Of a DNA stretch of 64,000 bases, positions 62,790-64,000 are shown in pieces. Position numbers and translations under genes: made by a program. Source of the stretch: Camelus ferus (lineage: Eukaryota); NCBI RefSeq assembly GCF_009834535.1, contig NC_045697.1:117802001-117866000 (forward strand), read 5' to 3'. The notes below the pieces were generated by a model, which was not told the origin of the DNA, did no database searches, and saw only the letters and a list, made by a program, of their open reading frames with translations. The stretch's first letter is position 1, and every line of letters begins with the position of its first letter.

Positions 62790-63539
62790 AAAATAAGGAA
62801 TAGAGAATTAAAAAGCCACGTAAAGGGATGCAGTGTGCCAGAGTTACCGTTAGTGCCCACAATTTTACGTTTGAGCTTCCTCATAACCAATTCAATAAAA
62901 CAGATAGTAAATTATTAAAAGAAAAAGCAGTATGCATGGATACTTAGAGTACCCACAGGTACACATATAGATAAATACACATACAGGACGAAGAAGTTTG
63001 AATATTTCATCACAAGGAAGAAACACACGTTCTGAAAGCAGATTTAGGAATGTCAGCTGACATTCCAGTTGGCCAGGTAGAAATTCACCGTAATTCTCCT
63101 AGAAGTGCTCACGAACCAAAGTCAGCTAGAGCATTTCACCCGGGCAAAGGACCACCTGCCGCATGGCATACAAATACTACTCCGTAAACCCTGTGTGCAT
63201 ACACTTGTCAAGGTTGGGCGGTCTCATGGGAGACTTTGACTTCAGTGGCATTTGTGTATCATGCAAATATTTTCCCTGAGCTTCTCTGCAGGGTTCTTTA
63301 TTTTCTCTTTGGTATACAAGTTCAAAGAGAATTTTCGCTTTACGGTGTATTACAGATAAATATTTTAGTCCAGATGAAATAAACTTTATACTTGCTGTCA
63401 CCATAATTTGTATCCTGACCATTTATATAGCGAGTTACATTGTGTTTCAGTTTCTTCTTTCTGTGGCTCTGCAGCTCAGGTTATTTTTTCCCTTACATGT
63501 GTAACCTTAGCCTTTGAGAACTAGACGTTGTCCTAGCTG

Positions 63540-63680
63540 TTGTTAGAGATGGTGTTTTCCAGCCCTTCATTTTATAGGTGAGGACACAGGGGCCAGAGAA
63601 GCCAAGTGAGCAGCGTGAAGTCTCATTCATGGTTTCTAACTAAACTGATTTTCAAATCCGTTTTCCCCACAGTGCTGTAG
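63540..63680. mobile_element. MIR relic
   Basis: cccttcattttataggtgaggacacaggggccagagaag resembles the MIR core. Confidence 0.6.
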
Positions 63681-63744
63681 ATAGTTTATCACCACGTTAA
63701 ACCGCAGCTCTTGCCTTCTTGTCATACGGAGGGTCACATAATCC

Positions 63745-64000
63745 TGTCAAAATTGCCAAGGGTCTGAGATTTTGCCCTCCCCGCAGAGGAGCAGGTGAGC
63801 CTAGCACGGCTGCATGGACGCCGACCGCAGACCTGAGGCTCCCGGGTCATTGACAAGGGACTGAGGACAGCACTCGCCAGAGGACCAGTGCTCTCTGGTC
63901 CCGTCCCCACAGGTCCGGGCCAGGAGGGCCACGTGGCCCCTGCGCACCTGGTGGTTTACGTGGCAGGAGAGGCAGCACTGGAAGTGCATGTGTGGGTGAC
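63745..64000 (-). mobile_element. MER74/MER54-type ERVL LTR, truncated by window edge
   Basis: tgtcaaaattgccaagggtctgagattttgccct...catggacgccg...ctcccgggtca...acaaggga resembles the terminus of this LTR group. Confidence 0.55.

Noticed and set aside
1..64000. CRISPR arrays, operons, prokaryotic/viral defence systems, rRNA
   Set aside because: No regularly spaced repeats, gene-dense coding sequence or rRNA similarity; the window is mammalian intronic DNA.

Overview
Mammalian genomic DNA, most likely a camelid (camel/alpaca/llama), judged from the tRNA-derived Vic-1-type SINEs and the L1 3' ends. The window covers the 3' ~62 kb of PDGFC intron 1, PDGFC coding exon 2 (62201-62396, + strand, start of the CUB domain) and the start of intron 2. 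The rest is intronic: L1, L2, MIR, SINE, ERV1/ERVL/MaLR LTR and hAT relics, plus microsatellites. Nearly all track ORFs are spurious or L1 ORF2 remnants. I found no novel multi-gene system. The most interesting items are (1) a well-formed 61-nt candidate poison cassette exon about 10.8 kb upstream of exon 2, (2) three independent, same-family, antisense solo ERV1-type LTRs within 12 kb around it, (3) three twin-primed (5'-inverted) L1 insertions with TSDs plus one tail-to-tail L1 fusion at a (TA)n tract, and (4) a few candidate enhancer motifs and palindromes. Repeat subfamily names come from recalled consensus similarity and need Dfam/RepeatMasker confirmation; boundaries of old repeats are approximate.
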